A stretch of 64,000 nucleotides of DNA from an uncultured virus (IMG/VR IMGVR_UViG_2912869438_000005) (IMGVR_UViG_2912869438_000005:1-64000), one strand, 5' to 3'. Counted from the stretch's first letter, positions 52,462-61,963 are shown. Program-made: numbers and translations. The notes: a model not told the origin generated them from the letters alone.

Positions 52462-52746
52462 ATGACAATGAACACAAGAAAACAATGTGAGAAGTCAAGA
52501 AAACGTTCATTAAGATTTATTGAATCCGGCAAATGGTTTAAAGAGTTTGCACATGCTGAACATAATAAAGATCTAAACGTTATGGCTCTTTTACGTTTCA
52601 ATTGGGGCTTAGACGATTCAGCTAAACAATGGGCAAAGTATCGCCTGTCAGTTGTAAAAGGGGAATGCCAGGAAACTTTAGCAACACAAAGACTTAAAGA
52701 GCTTGTAAATAAACGTCGAGAATCAAGAAAGGAGAACACACAATGA
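52462..52746 (+). CDS. hypothetical basic protein
   Basis: 94 aa after a promoter, AAGGA RBS. Confidence 0.65.
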   Translation: MTMNTRKQCEKSRKRSLRFIESGKWFKEFAHAEHNKDLNVMALLRFNWGLDDSAKQWAKYRLSVVKGECQETLATQRLKELVNKRRESRKENTQ

Positions 52747-53063
52747 CACAAAAGCAAATATATTATTTCAACAGCTACGATGTATTAAAGCTATCTAATA
52801 AACAATGGAATAATGACATAAGGAAACATTACATAATGTACAAGCAACTAAAAAACGCTGAGACTATCACAGAACAAGACATACACAACCTACTTGAAAA
52901 CAATTATAATTTTTGGGTTAAGGTAATCACTGAAAATCCTGTATTCAATAAAGGACACGTGCTTGTTGAATTAACGTTACTTTACAGTAATAAACCTATT
53001 TTAGGTTATATAGCTAAACCATGTTATATAAACAAATTAAAAATACACGACTCGGTTTTATAA
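52743..53063 (+). CDS. hypothetical protein
   Basis: ATGA overlap with the previous gene; terminator at 53050-53076. Confidence 0.65.
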   Translation: MTQKQIYYFNSYDVLKLSNKQWNNDIRKHYIMYKQLKNAETITEQDIHNLLENNYNFWVKVITENPVFNKGHVLVELTLLYSNKPILGYIAKPCYINKLKIHDSVL

Positions 53064-53272
53064 CTGAGTCTTTTTTATTTCCATTTTAAGCACGCTCACA
53101 GCCTCACAGACAAGCCTTAATACATTCCTGGCAATTTATATTCATTACCGCTAATCCTTATCAGATCAAGCCATAACCCACAAATAAAACTTCTCTCTAA
53201 ACATCATTATTTACTTTTAATTTGTGTTTAAATATGATATAATTATAGGTATAGAAAGGAGGGGAAAACATT

Positions 53273-53455
53273 GTGTTTGATAGGGTAGGTGTTGTGTTGG
53301 CTATTGTCTTATCTCTTTCAACGCTGACAATCAATATACTAGCCATTATTGAGAAGTTAGCCGCAATAAGAAATAAGACAAGCCATAGACAGCAAAGAAA
53401 AAAGCGTATACGAAAGCGAAACCGGGCAAGGCACCGCAGACGTACACGCCTATAA
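53273..53455 (+). CDS. yonT: type I toxin, YonT-like
   Basis: One TM followed by an Arg/Lys-rich tail; strong AAAGGAGG RBS. Confidence 0.8.
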   Translation: MFDRVGVVLAIVLSLSTLTINILAIIEKLAAIRNKTSHRQQRKKRIRKRNRARHRRRTRL

Positions 53456-53488
53456 CACAGCAGGCTAGAGGAGTAATCCTCTAGCTTC
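53397..53488 (-). ncRNA. SR6-like antisense antitoxin RNA
   Basis: TGnTATAAT at 53495-53503 on the minus strand; GGCGUGUACG/CGUAUACGCU stem plus U-tract over the yonT 3' end. Confidence 0.65.
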
Positions 53489-53524
53489 ACCTACATTATA
53501 ACATAATCAAACACAATTTAAAAC

Positions 53525-53713
53525 ATGAAACGTATTCCATTATGGGTTACTCATTTATTGTTTATTGTATGTTTTATTCTATTCCTGTTCAATAGGCAAT
53601 ATTTCAGCAGCTCAACACAGGTCATTGTTTATACAGTGTTTATAGTTACGCTCATAGTCATAGCTGTTTCATGGTTTGTTTATTATACAGTCAACCGAAA
53701 CCAGAAAAGATGA
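53525..53713 (+). CDS. small two-TM protein at the yoyJ position
   Basis: 62 aa, hydrophobic, follows yonT. Confidence 0.6.
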   Translation: MKRIPLWVTHLLFIVCFILFLFNRQYFSSSTQVIVYTVFIVTLIVIAVSWFVYYTVNRNQKR

Positions 53714-53766
53714 GTGATGTTATTCGCTCATCATTACATAACATATAAATTAAAAGGGGATATTGG

Positions 53767-54618
53767 ATGAAAGGCGTATACAAAATAACAAATAAAATAA
53801 ACGGAAAGAAATATATAGGCAGTAGCTCAAATGTTTTCAAAAGATGGGAACAGCATGTGACTGATCTGCATTACGGGTTACATCATTCACACCTGCTACA
53901 AAAAGATTGGAAAAAATACAGCTTGAATGATTTCACTTTTGAAGTATTGGAATATGTTGAGGACAAGAAAGACTTATTAAAAATAGAACAAATGTGGATA
54001 GATGGGGAAGATGTATCTACCCTTTATAATGTTCTAACTTCAACCACAATTCACAGCATTTCAGCACCATCTAATATTATGGAAGATTTGTTCTTTTGTA
54101 ATAACATTCCCAATGAAACTAAACAACTTTTAAGAAAAAATCTAAAAATTCATGAGAAAAAAGGAAAGCTTCTTCAAAGCGGCAACAGTAAATATGATTA
54201 CAGTAAAACATGGTTCACCAAAAATGCTGAGGATGTACGGCAATTAAAATGGAATATGAATAATTATTTTTATAATCAGACCAGTTCAAAAAGTATAGAA
54301 CGTTGCTGGACAACATTCACACAGTTTGCTAGACAATTAGAATTCAAGGGGAATAAAAAAAGATTTGTTCCACTCAATGGACAGTTATCAGAAAAGGAAA
54401 GGAAAAGTTATTTATGTTTTGCAGTTAACTGTTTTCCTAACTCATTTTTAACTAGGAAATATAAAGAACTATCTAACTTAGATGAGGATACATATGCTTT
54501 ATCATTAATGCTGAAATGGATTGTAAATTGTGGGGATATTAAGAACCCTATAACCATATTTGTTCCTTCACTTAGAATGGAAAAATTATTGTCACAATGG
54601 TTAAAAAACAATAATTAA
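53767..54618 (+). CDS. GIY-YIG nuclease fused to a YonV-like C-terminal domain
   Basis: GVYKI..KYIGSS..RW.QH..E; C-terminal half aligns by eye with 54632-55849. Confidence 0.8.
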   Translation: MKGVYKITNKINGKKYIGSSSNVFKRWEQHVTDLHYGLHHSHLLQKDWKKYSLNDFTFEVLEYVEDKKDLLKIEQMWIDGEDVSTLYNVLTSTTIHSISAPSNIMEDLFFCNNIPNETKQLLRKNLKIHEKKGKLLQSGNSKYDYSKTWFTKNAEDVRQLKWNMNNYFYNQTSSKSIERCWTTFTQFARQLEFKGNKKRFVPLNGQLSEKERKSYLCFAVNCFPNSFLTRKYKELSNLDEDTYALSLMLKWIVNCGDIKNPITIFVPSLRMEKLLSQWLKNNN

Positions 54619-54631
54619 AAGGAGGATTATA

Positions 54632-55849
54632 ATGACAAGTATTAAAGTTGTGGATTCGATTATGGGTAGTGGAAAAACATCGGCCGCAATCACTCTAATG
54701 AATAACGCTAGTAAAGATGAAAACTTTATATTCATAACACCATACTTGAATGAAGTTGAACGTATCAAAAAAAGCGTAAACAATAGACAAATGTATGAAC
54801 CAAAGGTGAAGAAGAAAGGGGACAAAACACAATATAAGTTTGAGTCATTTCATGAACTCTTATCGCAGAATAAAAACATTGTTGCCACTCATAACCTTTT
54901 CAAAAATGCAAATGACGAAACAAAGGAGCTTATCCTTTCAGGGAACTATACTTTAATTTTAGATGAGGTCATGGAAGTTGTGGAGCAATTACAAGTAAAG
55001 AAACATGATTTAACCACATTGTTTGATTCTGAATTAATTTATATTGAAGACGGATTTGTCAAATGGAATGAAGAAAAAAAGGACTATGAGACACGATACG
55101 ATGATATACGTGATATGGCTTTAAATAATAATCTAGTTTACTTTAAGGATAATATATTGATATGGAATTTCCCTTCAGATGTATTCACTATATTTAACGA
55201 GGTGTACATACTTACATACATGTTTGACGCACAAATACAAAGGTATTATTACGATGTAAACAACATCAAATATCAAAAATGCATTACTGAATTTAAAAAC
55301 GGGCAGCATTCATTTACTGATTATAATAATGATCATGAGAAAAAGCTCAAGGAAAGAATAGGGGATAAGATTAATATTTATGAAGGTAACTTAAATGCGA
55401 TTGGACAATTAGACTTTTCATTGTCATCCAGTTGGTACAAAAACAAATCATCTTATACACTCAAAAAAGTAAAGAATAATGTATTTAATTATTTTAATAA
55501 TATAGTCAAGTCAACAAGTAATGAAGCAATGTGGACAACATACGCAGAACATAAAAGCAAGATTAAGGGTAACGGTTATACTAAAGGTTTTGTTTCATGT
55601 AATGCAAGAGCTACAAATGAATTTATACATAAAAAACACTTAGCGTATACAATAAATAGATATGTTAACACTGTTCTATACAATTATTTTAAAGAGAAGT
55701 ATAACGTATCAATTGATCAGGATGCTTTTGCATTATCTGAATTACTTCAATGGATATGGAGATCGGCAATTAGAAATGGTGAGGAAATAACATTATTCAT
55801 ACCATCTTTAAGAATGAGGAAGCTACTCATAGACTGGTTAAATGGATAG
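54632..55849 (+). CDS. yonV: SF2 helicase-like ATPase
   Basis: MGSGKTS, ITPYL.E, TH.LF, LILDEV, LTY, QWIWRSAIR. Confidence 0.75.
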   Translation: MTSIKVVDSIMGSGKTSAAITLMNNASKDENFIFITPYLNEVERIKKSVNNRQMYEPKVKKKGDKTQYKFESFHELLSQNKNIVATHNLFKNANDETKELILSGNYTLILDEVMEVVEQLQVKKHDLTTLFDSELIYIEDGFVKWNEEKKDYETRYDDIRDMALNNNLVYFKDNILIWNFPSDVFTIFNEVYILTYMFDAQIQRYYYDVNNIKYQKCITEFKNGQHSFTDYNNDHEKKLKERIGDKINIYEGNLNAIGQLDFSLSSSWYKNKSSYTLKKVKNNVFNYFNNIVKSTSNEAMWTTYAEHKSKIKGNGYTKGFVSCNARATNEFIHKKHLAYTINRYVNTVLYNYFKEKYNVSIDQDAFALSELLQWIWRSAIRNGEEITLFIPSLRMRKLLIDWLNG

Positions 55850-56084
55850 TTAAAGAGGAAAAACCTCTTAAACGTTTAAAAAAGTTCAGTCGTATCAATG
55901 GTTTTTTATATCAATCTCTTTAAAGAAGACGAAAATAAATTAAAAGAATAAAAAAAGATCTTGGGATGCTGACAAACATTTAAAACAGCTTCGCCGTCTT
56001 AAATGTTTTGGTCTGCACCATCCCAAACCCTTCACAGACTTATAATTATAATTACATACAAATTAAAAATATTAATAAAAATAA

Positions 56085-56113
56085 TTGACTATCTAAAATA
56101 GCCGTGATAATAT
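56085..56113 (+). promoter_or_regulatory. sigmaA promoter with operator (56086-56104)
   Basis: TTGACT-N17-TAATAT; TGACTAT-CTAAA-ATAGCCG. Confidence 0.75.
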
Positions 56114-56151
56114 AATAATAGATAAATAACAATTAAAAGGAGATTTTTTGA

Positions 56152-58086
56152 ATGGCGTTATCTTATTATGACAAAAGAACGGCAAAAGTTGAAATTATGG
56201 GAGAGCTTAAAAAAAGAGGCTGGAAGGTATATGGATATAAACAAGACAAAAGCGATCCAATGACTGATTATTTTGATCCCGCATCATGGGATGGTATTGC
56301 AGAAAAAGACGGATACATAATTCTTATTGATATTTGTAAATATGACCTAGGTAAATCAGGCAAAAAGGTAACGAAAAAAGGTTACACTATTGATCATGCT
56401 AAAATTGCAAAACTTCAAGCAACAATTAACGATAGTGCAGCAAGTGAAAATGAAAAAGAAACGTCCAGAAAAATCATCGAAAAGATGAGACAGAAAGAAG
56501 AGGGGGAAACTGTTGTTGTCTCTCAATATCCAGTCTTTAAACATGTCAATCCAGGTCGAACAAATTGGCACATTGAAAAAGACGGGGAGATCATTGCAAA
56601 AGGTAACCGCGCTTTTTCTTTCTTTAGCTGGAATAATAAAGAAGAATCACAAACTAAACTTGTTAAGTTCATCGATGGTTTAGAAAACAAAATCAATGAA
56701 CAATCAAAGCTAATTCCAGTTAAAAAGCAAGTTGTTAAAAAGGTTGTAAAGCCTGTATCGATTGATCTGACTATTGAAGAAGCTCAAGAGGGACAAACAT
56801 ACCTTGTAATTGATAAGCCTTTAACTTACGGCGTACAACAAGGATACGTTTATAAATTAACCAGAAAACAAACTTTTAACGGGAAAATGTCTGTATCTTT
56901 CGTAAGAATGAATAAAAAGTTAAATAAAGAGCTTACGGGTTCAAGTAACCCAGCGAACACCGCGTACTTTTCCGAATCTAATTTTAAAAGACTTTTTGAA
57001 AAAGGATGCTTTCACTTTGCAGTGTTGAAAGAGGTGGAAGAGGTAACGGAAAAGACTGTATATGTAAAGGCAAAAAGAGACACAGCCCAAAAAGAAAACC
57101 TTTTAACAGGTGAATCAGTCGAAACAACAAACGAAACAGCAGGGGAAAACGCTCAAGGAACTACAGAAAAAGAAACAACCGTTACATATACACTGAATGA
57201 AGAAAAAAACGGTGTTGAAATTCGTTTCAGTTCTAAACCATCTGAAGAGATACGGGAGCAGATGAAAGCGGCCGGATTTCGGTGGTCACGTTATTCTAAA
57301 TGCTGGTATGCTAAACAATCAGACAGTACAATTTCACTTGCTAAAACACTAAGTTCGAATGATCTTGATAACCAAGAAAACGCCTTTGAATATCCTGAAA
57401 TAGATATTGATGACGTTGAAACATATGTAATTGATCAAAAGACACAAGATCGCGAACATGATGCACATTGGATTTTTAGAACAACCAAAAGAGACCATAC
57501 AAAGGAAATCCAACACCTGTTTAATTCGTGGAATGATGAAGTTAAAAAACTAATAAAAACAACAGATAATCAAAGTATTGTATACCATCTTAAAAAGGAC
57601 TTACAGCGGTTCAAAAAGCGTTATTATGATCTGTACGTGAAGCATTTAACCTTAAGAGGGAATAACCCTTCCTGGGCAGTTACTGGACGTGCTGGGCGTA
57701 ATATGAGCAGATACAATAAATTAATGGAAAGAGAAAATGCCGTGATGCTTCAGCTTGCAGAAATTCCAGAGGAATTTAAAAGAAAACTATCCGAAGCAAA
57801 GGACAGAATTAGACATACAGAAAAAGAAAAAATCAAGAAACAGGTTTCCCAAATTGATAACATTATTAAGTTTAAGGCAGAAAATAAAGAATTTACTTTC
57901 ATGAATCATCGAGAGAAAAAGCGGGTTTATGTTTATGGTGAGTGGTTTATTTGTAAGACATGGGGAGCGTTTCGAATCTTTTTTAAAAACAAGGAAGTTC
58001 ATACAATGCTAACCACAGAAACGTTAAATGACGCTAAGAAATACGCGACCTATTTAATAAGTCACTTCAATTCAAAAACATCATAA
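56152..58086 (+). CDS. large multidomain early protein (polyvalent-protein-like)
   Basis: 644 aa; NGVEIRF..KPSEEIR..MK..GFRWS....WY module; PSWAVTGRAG. Confidence 0.7.
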   Translation: MALSYYDKRTAKVEIMGELKKRGWKVYGYKQDKSDPMTDYFDPASWDGIAEKDGYIILIDICKYDLGKSGKKVTKKGYTIDHAKIAKLQATINDSAASENEKETSRKIIEKMRQKEEGETVVVSQYPVFKHVNPGRTNWHIEKDGEIIAKGNRAFSFFSWNNKEESQTKLVKFIDGLENKINEQSKLIPVKKQVVKKVVKPVSIDLTIEEAQEGQTYLVIDKPLTYGVQQGYVYKLTRKQTFNGKMSVSFVRMNKKLNKELTGSSNPANTAYFSESNFKRLFEKGCFHFAVLKEVEEVTEKTVYVKAKRDTAQKENLLTGESVETTNETAGENAQGTTEKETTVTYTLNEEKNGVEIRFSSKPSEEIREQMKAAGFRWSRYSKCWYAKQSDSTISLAKTLSSNDLDNQENAFEYPEIDIDDVETYVIDQKTQDREHDAHWIFRTTKRDHTKEIQHLFNSWNDEVKKLIKTTDNQSIVYHLKKDLQRFKKRYYDLYVKHLTLRGNNPSWAVTGRAGRNMSRYNKLMERENAVMLQLAEIPEEFKRKLSEAKDRIRHTEKEKIKKQVSQIDNIIKFKAENKEFTFMNHREKKRVYVYGEWFICKTWGAFRIFFKNKEVHTMLTTETLNDAKKYATYLISHFNSKTS

Positions 58087-58104
58087 ACAAATTAAAAATA
58101 TATA

Positions 58105-58133
58105 TTGACTAATTAAAATAGTCATAGTATAAT
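58105..58133 (+). promoter_or_regulatory. sigmaA promoter with operator (58106-58124)
   Basis: TTGACT-N17-TATAAT; TGACTAA-TTAAA-ATAGTCA. Confidence 0.8.
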
Positions 58134-58209
58134 AAAAACATAAGAAAAAGCGATTAATAAAAACACAAAATACTAATTAAAAGTAAAGTGTGAAAAAAGG
58201 GAGAAGGAA

Positions 58210-58560
58210 ATGAGAAATAAAAAGTTAATGGAAAAAGTAAATGATTTAGGTACTCAAAATTTAAGTACACGAGAGCAGAGTTTGAGGGTAATGATTCAAA
58301 TCGCAATAATCAGGAAAGCGTTTGGAGTTAAAAATGATGAAACAGACAAGCCCGTTAGAGATTATGAGAGAGAGATTATTCTATCCGATGATGAAATAAG
58401 AAAACAATTCAATGAGGAATTAAATTGGCTAAACTTAGCTAAAGAAAGAAGAGATTTAGGGGATGTAAGAGAGTTTGAAAATAGAGTTCATTATTTTATT
58501 GAGGCAGTCAGGTTTTTTAATGCTAGCTTAGCTGATGAATTTGAAGCATATGTTAATTGA
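58210..58560 (+). CDS. hypothetical protein
   Basis: 116 aa, RBS. Confidence 0.7.
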   Translation: MRNKKLMEKVNDLGTQNLSTREQSLRVMIQIAIIRKAFGVKNDETDKPVRDYEREIILSDDEIRKQFNEELNWLNLAKERRDLGDVREFENRVHYFIEAVRFFNASLADEFEAYVN

Positions 58561-59132
58561 AAAAGAATGGAGCGGTTAAAATGACAAAACAATATATGAT
58601 TAAAGATCTTCAAACGGGAGACTTTTCACACCATACTACGCTAAACGATATTTTTGAGGACTTGGCTCAAGATTATCTTTCTAATGATTGGACTGATGAA
58701 GAAGCCGGGGAGCTTGAAACAAAATTTAAACAGTACACAGAAGAGGAAAAAATAGATTTTGTCCAAAACGAGTATGAATATAAATTAATTGCATATCCTA
58801 CTCCGCAACAGATAGCAGAGTGGGAGGAGTTTACCGGGAGGAAATGGGAAGAAGCCAAAGAACCTAACAGGGTGTTTGTCATCTGTACTCTGCATATTCG
58901 GGACAGAGGGAGAGGAGGGCACACTTGGGGCATTAAAGGTGTGTTCTACGATCGACACGAAGCAAACAAAAAAGCTATCGCAATAAGGAACGAACATATA
59001 GAAGAATGGTACACTTCTAAAAACGACAATTCTTATGAAGTATACGAGTTTATGAAAGGCTTAAATACTAGTAGTGTAGAGAGTGATAACAGTTCTTTTG
59101 AAATCAGTGTAACAGAAGAATATTGCGAGTAA
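58557..59132 (+). CDS. hypothetical acidic protein (probable start 58581)
   Basis: GGAG RBS before MTKQY. Confidence 0.7.
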   Translation: MKKNGAVKMTKQYMIKDLQTGDFSHHTTLNDIFEDLAQDYLSNDWTDEEAGELETKFKQYTEEEKIDFVQNEYEYKLIAYPTPQQIAEWEEFTGRKWEEAKEPNRVFVICTLHIRDRGRGGHTWGIKGVFYDRHEANKKAIAIRNEHIEEWYTSKNDNSYEVYEFMKGLNTSSVESDNSSFEISVTEEYCE

Positions 59133-59163
59133 AGATATTTTAATAGATGGGAATGATTTAACA

Positions 59164-59376
59164 ATGACACACAACGAAAAATTACTAAACGCATTAATGC
59201 AGTTCAAAAATTCAGCATATGAAATTCGGGATCTTTGGGAGCAAGCCGACAGCATAACAGATAGTGATCTTTGTGATGATTATCCATTTGATAATGATTT
59301 TTGTGAAGTTGTTGAAAAGATAGGTGACTGGGTAATGACACAAAATAGCTTATTAAATCAAAATAAAACAAATTAA
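59164..59376 (+). CDS. hypothetical protein
   Basis: 70 aa, in the operon. Confidence 0.65.
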   Translation: MTHNEKLLNALMQFKNSAYEIRDLWEQADSITDSDLCDDYPFDNDFCEVVEKIGDWVMTQNSLLNQNKTN

Positions 59377-59410
59377 AATGATTAAGGTGAGATGTAACAG
59401 ACATCTTATA

Positions 59411-59475
59411 ACAGTCGTGGCGGCGACGTTAAATAGGCATTAAGCCGCCAGCGTTCCCCACATTGGGGAGGTTGC
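59411..59475 (+). ncRNA. pistol self-cleaving ribozyme
   Basis: P1 GUCG/CGAC; loop UGGCGG pseudoknot with CCGCCA; UUAAAUAG; P2 GCA/UGC; UAAG; GCG; P3 UUCCCCA/UGGGGAG; GU cleavage site at 59471-59472. Confidence 0.9.
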
Positions 59476-59508
59476 AACAGGAATAACTCTATATTTCATC
59501 GCAATAAA

Positions 59509-59733
59509 ATGCGAATTAAAAAGAAAAGGGATGATAATATGAATGAAATGGATTTAATTCATGCGTTTAAATCAATGCTAATGGTAGCTAGAGAATACGA
59601 GCTAAAAATTGATGAGAAGTACGAAGAATTAGAAAATATCCTTTTAGAAGAGTATGACTTAGAAGTGGTTCATACAGTGGATCATGACATGATGGATAGT
59701 ATGGAAAACGTGTATCAACTATTAAATAAATAA
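59509..59733 (+). CDS. hypothetical protein (probable start 59539)
   Basis: AAGGGG RBS before MNEMD. Confidence 0.6.
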   Translation: MRIKKKRDDNMNEMDLIHAFKSMLMVAREYELKIDEKYEELENILLEEYDLEVVHTVDHDMMDSMENVYQLLNK

Positions 59734-59779
59734 ATAAAATGCATATTTTAATTAAAAGATCTCGAAGAGGGAATAGAAG

Positions 59780-59932
59780 ATGAACTGTTATTTACTTACT
59801 GGAGTTAAAGGCGACAAAATTATGTCGTGCCACGCTGATGATGAGAATAGTGCTCGGGCTTTTTTCAAAACATATCTACTCGAAAAGCATGGTATTAAGA
59901 GTTTAAGAGGGTTTAAAGTGATTGAAAGATAA
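59780..59932 (+). CDS. small hypothetical protein (50 aa), absent from the ORF track
   Basis: GAGGG RBS; MNCYLLTGVKGDK..KVIER*. Confidence 0.55.
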   Translation: MNCYLLTGVKGDKIMSCHADDENSARAFFKTYLLEKHGIKSLRGFKVIER

Positions 59933-59998
59933 AGCAGATGTTTCATTCATATACATTTGATTGTATAATATAGGAAAACTAAAGCAGAGGGATAGGTT

Positions 59999-60229
59999 AT
60001 GAAAATCATTAACTTTAAATTTAATGTTTCTTACTTTGAAATTTACGCGGAGTTTTCCAGTAAATCAGAATTTCATCAGTCAGACTATGATATACAGATG
60101 GATTTGCTAAAGATGACTAAAGCTATTCTAAAGGCTGCAGGCTATTCAAAATATTTAACAGTGGATACATATACAAAAGACATTGATCGAAATACTGTTT
60201 TCTGTTCTTACCAACTTCAAAACAGTTAA
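59999..60229 (+). CDS. hypothetical protein
   Basis: 76 aa, GAGGGG RBS. Confidence 0.6.
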   Translation: MKIINFKFNVSYFEIYAEFSSKSEFHQSDYDIQMDLLKMTKAILKAAGYSKYLTVDTYTKDIDRNTVFCSYQLQNS

Positions 60230-60264
60230 AATAAATTCGGCACAAAAAACAGGGAGCTATAGGC

Positions 60265-60665
60265 ATGTATAAGATCAACATTAAAAAGCTGTATGATTTG
60301 ATGAGTTTGACTGGACGGAAGAGCCTATTTCTTTATCTTCATTCGCAAATGAAGCAAAGAATCTTGTGCCATTAAGAGAGCCATACGGTCATTTAGATAA
60401 TAAAGTTAATTGGGGAAAGAAAGAGCACCTTAGGAGGATTCTTTATTTTGTGGAAAATCCAAACGAAATCAAAGGCATACAATTAGACAATGAAATTTTT
60501 AATGACTACATACTTCCCAAGCCTATTGTAGTTGATGGAAATCATAGAATGTTTGCCGCATTGCATTTAAATTTTAAATACGTTCATTGTAGATATGGAG
60601 GTAGAAAAGACGTTCTTGATTCCTTAACAGATAAATCGAATCCAAAACCGACGAACTGGAAATAG
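60265..60665 (+). pseudogene. ParB/Srx-like domain protein, frameshifted near 60300
   Basis: PIVVDGNHR motif; the ATG with RBS (60265) is out of frame with 60366-60665. Confidence 0.55.
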
Positions 60666-60810
60666 AGGAGATAACTCAATAAAACATGAATTTTAAACTA
60701 ATTAAAAATACAAGAGGGAACAATGAAATGAGTTCAAATAAAGAATACGCTGAGATGGTTTACAGATTGAGTACAAAATAGAAAAGTCTAGACGATGGGA
60801 GGATTAACAC

Positions 60811-60990
60811 ATGATTATGTTTGTTTTACATCAAGATGGCTCAAATTTTTTTAATTTTGATATTGAGCCAAAGCAATTTGAAAAAGGTGAAATCATTAAA
60901 CATGAAAGATTAAACGGTATTTATGAAGTTATTCATTGCGATTTTGCAAGTGTCAGGGTAAGGCCATTTAAACGGGAGCAGATTAAATGA
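60811..60990 (+). CDS. small hypothetical protein (59 aa), absent from the ORF track
   Basis: GGAGG RBS; ATGA overlap with the next gene. Confidence 0.6.
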   Translation: MIMFVLHQDGSNFFNFDIEPKQFEKGEIIKHERLNGIYEVIHCDFASVRVRPFKREQIK

Positions 60991-61178
60991 TTATACATAA
61001 CTACCTTTTCCAAGTAACAAGAGAACAAATCAAATCAATCTTACTTTCTCCAGAATCCTGTGACATGGTCAAAGAATGGGGAAACCAGGAGCAAGTACTT
61101 GATGAACTTACAGAGGGATATTTTGAGTTTAAAAGGGACATCGCGGCAACATTAACGAATATATTTCTTGGCGTGTAG
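60987..61178 (+). CDS. hypothetical protein
   Basis: 63 aa, translationally coupled. Confidence 0.6.
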   Translation: MIIHNYLFQVTREQIKSILLSPESCDMVKEWGNQEQVLDELTEGYFEFKRDIAATLTNIFLGV

Positions 61179-61221
61179 AGCCGCCTTATTTTCATTAAAA
61201 CTAATTAAAAGGGTGATTGAA

Positions 61222-61449
61222 ATGGATGCAAAAGAGCTTAGAGATTACATGAATAACATCAGCACTAGCGAATTGGGGGACATGGCAAAAAAAGCGGCTC
61301 AAAGATTATTTAGTACTGTTGATACGACTAACGAAGATAATCTAATTATTACAAGTGCAATTGCTAAAAAGGCATTTATTGATGTTTTTGAACTTGAGTA
61401 CGAATTCCTCTTTGTAAAGGCAGAAACAGACGAAGACAAGTTTGAATAA
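61222..61449 (+). CDS. hypothetical protein
   Basis: AAGGGTG RBS before MDAKEL. Confidence 0.6.
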   Translation: MDAKELRDYMNNISTSELGDMAKKAAQRLFSTVDTTNEDNLIITSAIAKKAFIDVFELEYEFLFVKAETDEDKFE

Positions 61450-61505
61450 AAACATTATTTTATGAAATGTTTACTTCTGAAGAGAAGGGTTAATGCTGTA
61501 GAACG

Positions 61506-61676
61506 TATAACAGCTCTTAACTTTTATTGCGTGCAAATTTTGATACTCAAAGGGATTTTTTAACCCGCACAGCTCATTAAAAAAATAAAACAGTATAACA
61601 GCAGCGGTAAAAAGTTGCGGGCAATTTTTGTAGAAATGATATAACAGCCAACTTGAAAAATCGCGGGCATTTTTTG
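61506..61676. repeat. three 37-bp bipartite repeats TATAACAGC-N12-TYGCGKGCAWWTTTTG
   Basis: Copies at 61506-61542, 61594-61630 and 61640-61676. Confidence 0.8.
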
Positions 61677-61693
61677 AAATAGGAAAATTTTGA

Positions 61694-61722
61694 TTGACGT
61701 TTCTAAATAGTCAAAGTAAAGT
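61694..61722 (+). promoter_or_regulatory. sigmaA promoter with operator (61695-61713)
   Basis: TTGACG-N17-TAAAGT; TGACGTT-TCTAA-ATAGTCA. Confidence 0.65.
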
Positions 61723-61741
61723 TGTATAGGAGGTGAGAAAA

Positions 61742-61948
61742 ATGATTAGATCAAATTTAAAGGCTATCGCAGATGAGGCAGGTATTTCAATTTCTCGGTT
61801 AAGTGCCGAAATAAATCATGGGAAGGAAACCGTTAGAAAAATGTACAATGATGATATGGAGCGCTTTCCAAGAGAATTGCTTGATAAGCTTTGCAAGCAT
61901 TTCAACTGTGAACCAGGAGACTTGATAAAATTCGAAAAAGAAGAATAA
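61742..61948 (+). CDS. Cro/C1-type HTH regulator
   Basis: [33 protein letters not shown]. Confidence 0.88.
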   Translation: MIRSNLKAIADEAGISISRLSAEINHGKETVRKMYNDDMERFPRELLDKLCKHFNCEPGDLIKFEKEE

Positions 61949-61963
61949 TCTTCTAATTAACAG

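Noticed and set aside
61506..61676. CRISPR array
   Set aside because: Repeats vary internally, gaps are 51 and 9 bp, and there are no cas genes
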